From Macrostomum lignano (Eukaryota), in the NCBI GenBank assembly GCA_002269645.1, contig NIVC01001685.1, positions 62,001 through 126,000 on the forward strand: 64,000 bases of DNA, read 5' to 3'. The notes under the pieces are model-generated. The model ran no database searches. It saw only the letters and a list, made by a program, of their open reading frames with translations, and was not told the DNA's origin. Shown one piece after another: positions 62,791-64,000 of this stretch; within the stretch, counting starts at the first letter, position 1, and the number at the start of each line of letters is the position of its first letter. A program made the position numbers and the translations under genes.

Positions 62791-63679
62791 CCCAACCCCG
62801 CTAAGCCTCTTTCTCATCTATCTAATCTTTTATCTCTCTCGTTCTGTTTAATCTACCCGTCGATCTCAATCTTCCCTAAGGCCATCTTAAACTCCAACAA
62901 AAGCCAGTCTTGTCCACAAACAGACTTCCACTTTAGCATCCCCCCAAAAAACCGCCGCCTTTGTCGGGCCGCCCCTTCAACCGTGACAGCCCCGCGCATA
63001 GATGGCCCCAGAGCGGCAGGCATGCCAACAACAACAATGAATGCAACGCCAGTCCAAAACCAGAGTTGATGCATAATTATTCACGCAACACTGCAGCAAC
63101 TCTAGAGAAGGAAAGCACGTCTATATGATTGTAGATTTAGGAACTAGACTAGACAATGGTCGAAACCCTTTCAGCTTATATAAGGCTTTAAATCCCTGCA
63201 GGATGATGGCCTGTGTGATTGCGTGTTTGACTGCTCTAAAGGTGTTGTTGTCGGTTTGGGTAGCATTGAATTCACTCACGCTCCAGTGAGCCCGGGCTCT
63301 CAGCTCAGATACAGATTGATAGATATGCAGACTTGAAGCTATATACAGGCTTTTACTGTAGAAAGATAAAGAACCTTTTTTGACACTATTACTAATTATA
63401 AACTACTGTTAAAAATAGTTGGATCGAGAACTGCAAAGTTTCTGAGTTTTGCCAGACGCTTGAGATAATGTATCTGCATTGTACATGTATAACTGTGCCC
63501 CGGGCCGTCAGGTCATACACTTCGCTACATGTACGCTCGTAGGTACATTTTAGAAGGTCGAAAAATGCGCGCAATGAGACCCTGGATCACGCTGCTGCGA
63601 GAAATGGCAGTGTGTTTTCTGAAATTCGGCATCTGTAGTCCATTAATGCTCTCAACTGACGTGGTTTCTCCAGCTGAAT

Positions 63680-64000
<321 letters not shown>

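Noticed and set aside
60545-63069. 632-768 aa Cys/Leu-rich ORFs in three frames
   Set aside because: A 14-bp minisatellite without stops; only the 5' part of 60545 (60566-60845) is a plausible exon.
62853-63074. Minus-strand ORF with a hydrophobic N-terminus as the missing syndecan TM
   Set aside because: Wrong strand and no syndecan cytoplasmic motif.

Overview
Eukaryotic, intron-containing animal DNA. Almost every intron is filled by a different 14-46 bp minisatellite, a style that suggests a free-living flatworm such as Macrostomum (inference only). Most long ORFs in the supplied track are repeat artefacts; the real genes were reconstructed by hand from GT-AG sites and phase matching. Left to right: (1) two tandem gp130/Domeless-like type I cytokine receptor genes (+; Ig, cytokine-binding module with WSDNS, FN3, TM); (2) a multi-exon helical protein of unknown function; (3) a foldback-like element; (4) three tandem minus-strand genes, each fusing a long ankyrin array (about 16, 21 and 13 repeats) to a cGAS-like/Mab-21 nucleotidyltransferase with intact catalytic acidic residues; (5) LINE remnants, V-ATPase proteolipid subunit c, MRPL55, a frameshifted DNAJB6-like gene, an orphan gene and a syndecan-like 5' end. 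The main candidate system is the ANK-cGLR triad. Its sensor repeats are diversified in number and surface charge, its catalytic exon is nearly identical between copies, it has a conserved H-C-C-H insertion, and in one copy a stop codon lies inside a perfect in-frame splice donor that would remove the whole ankyrin array.
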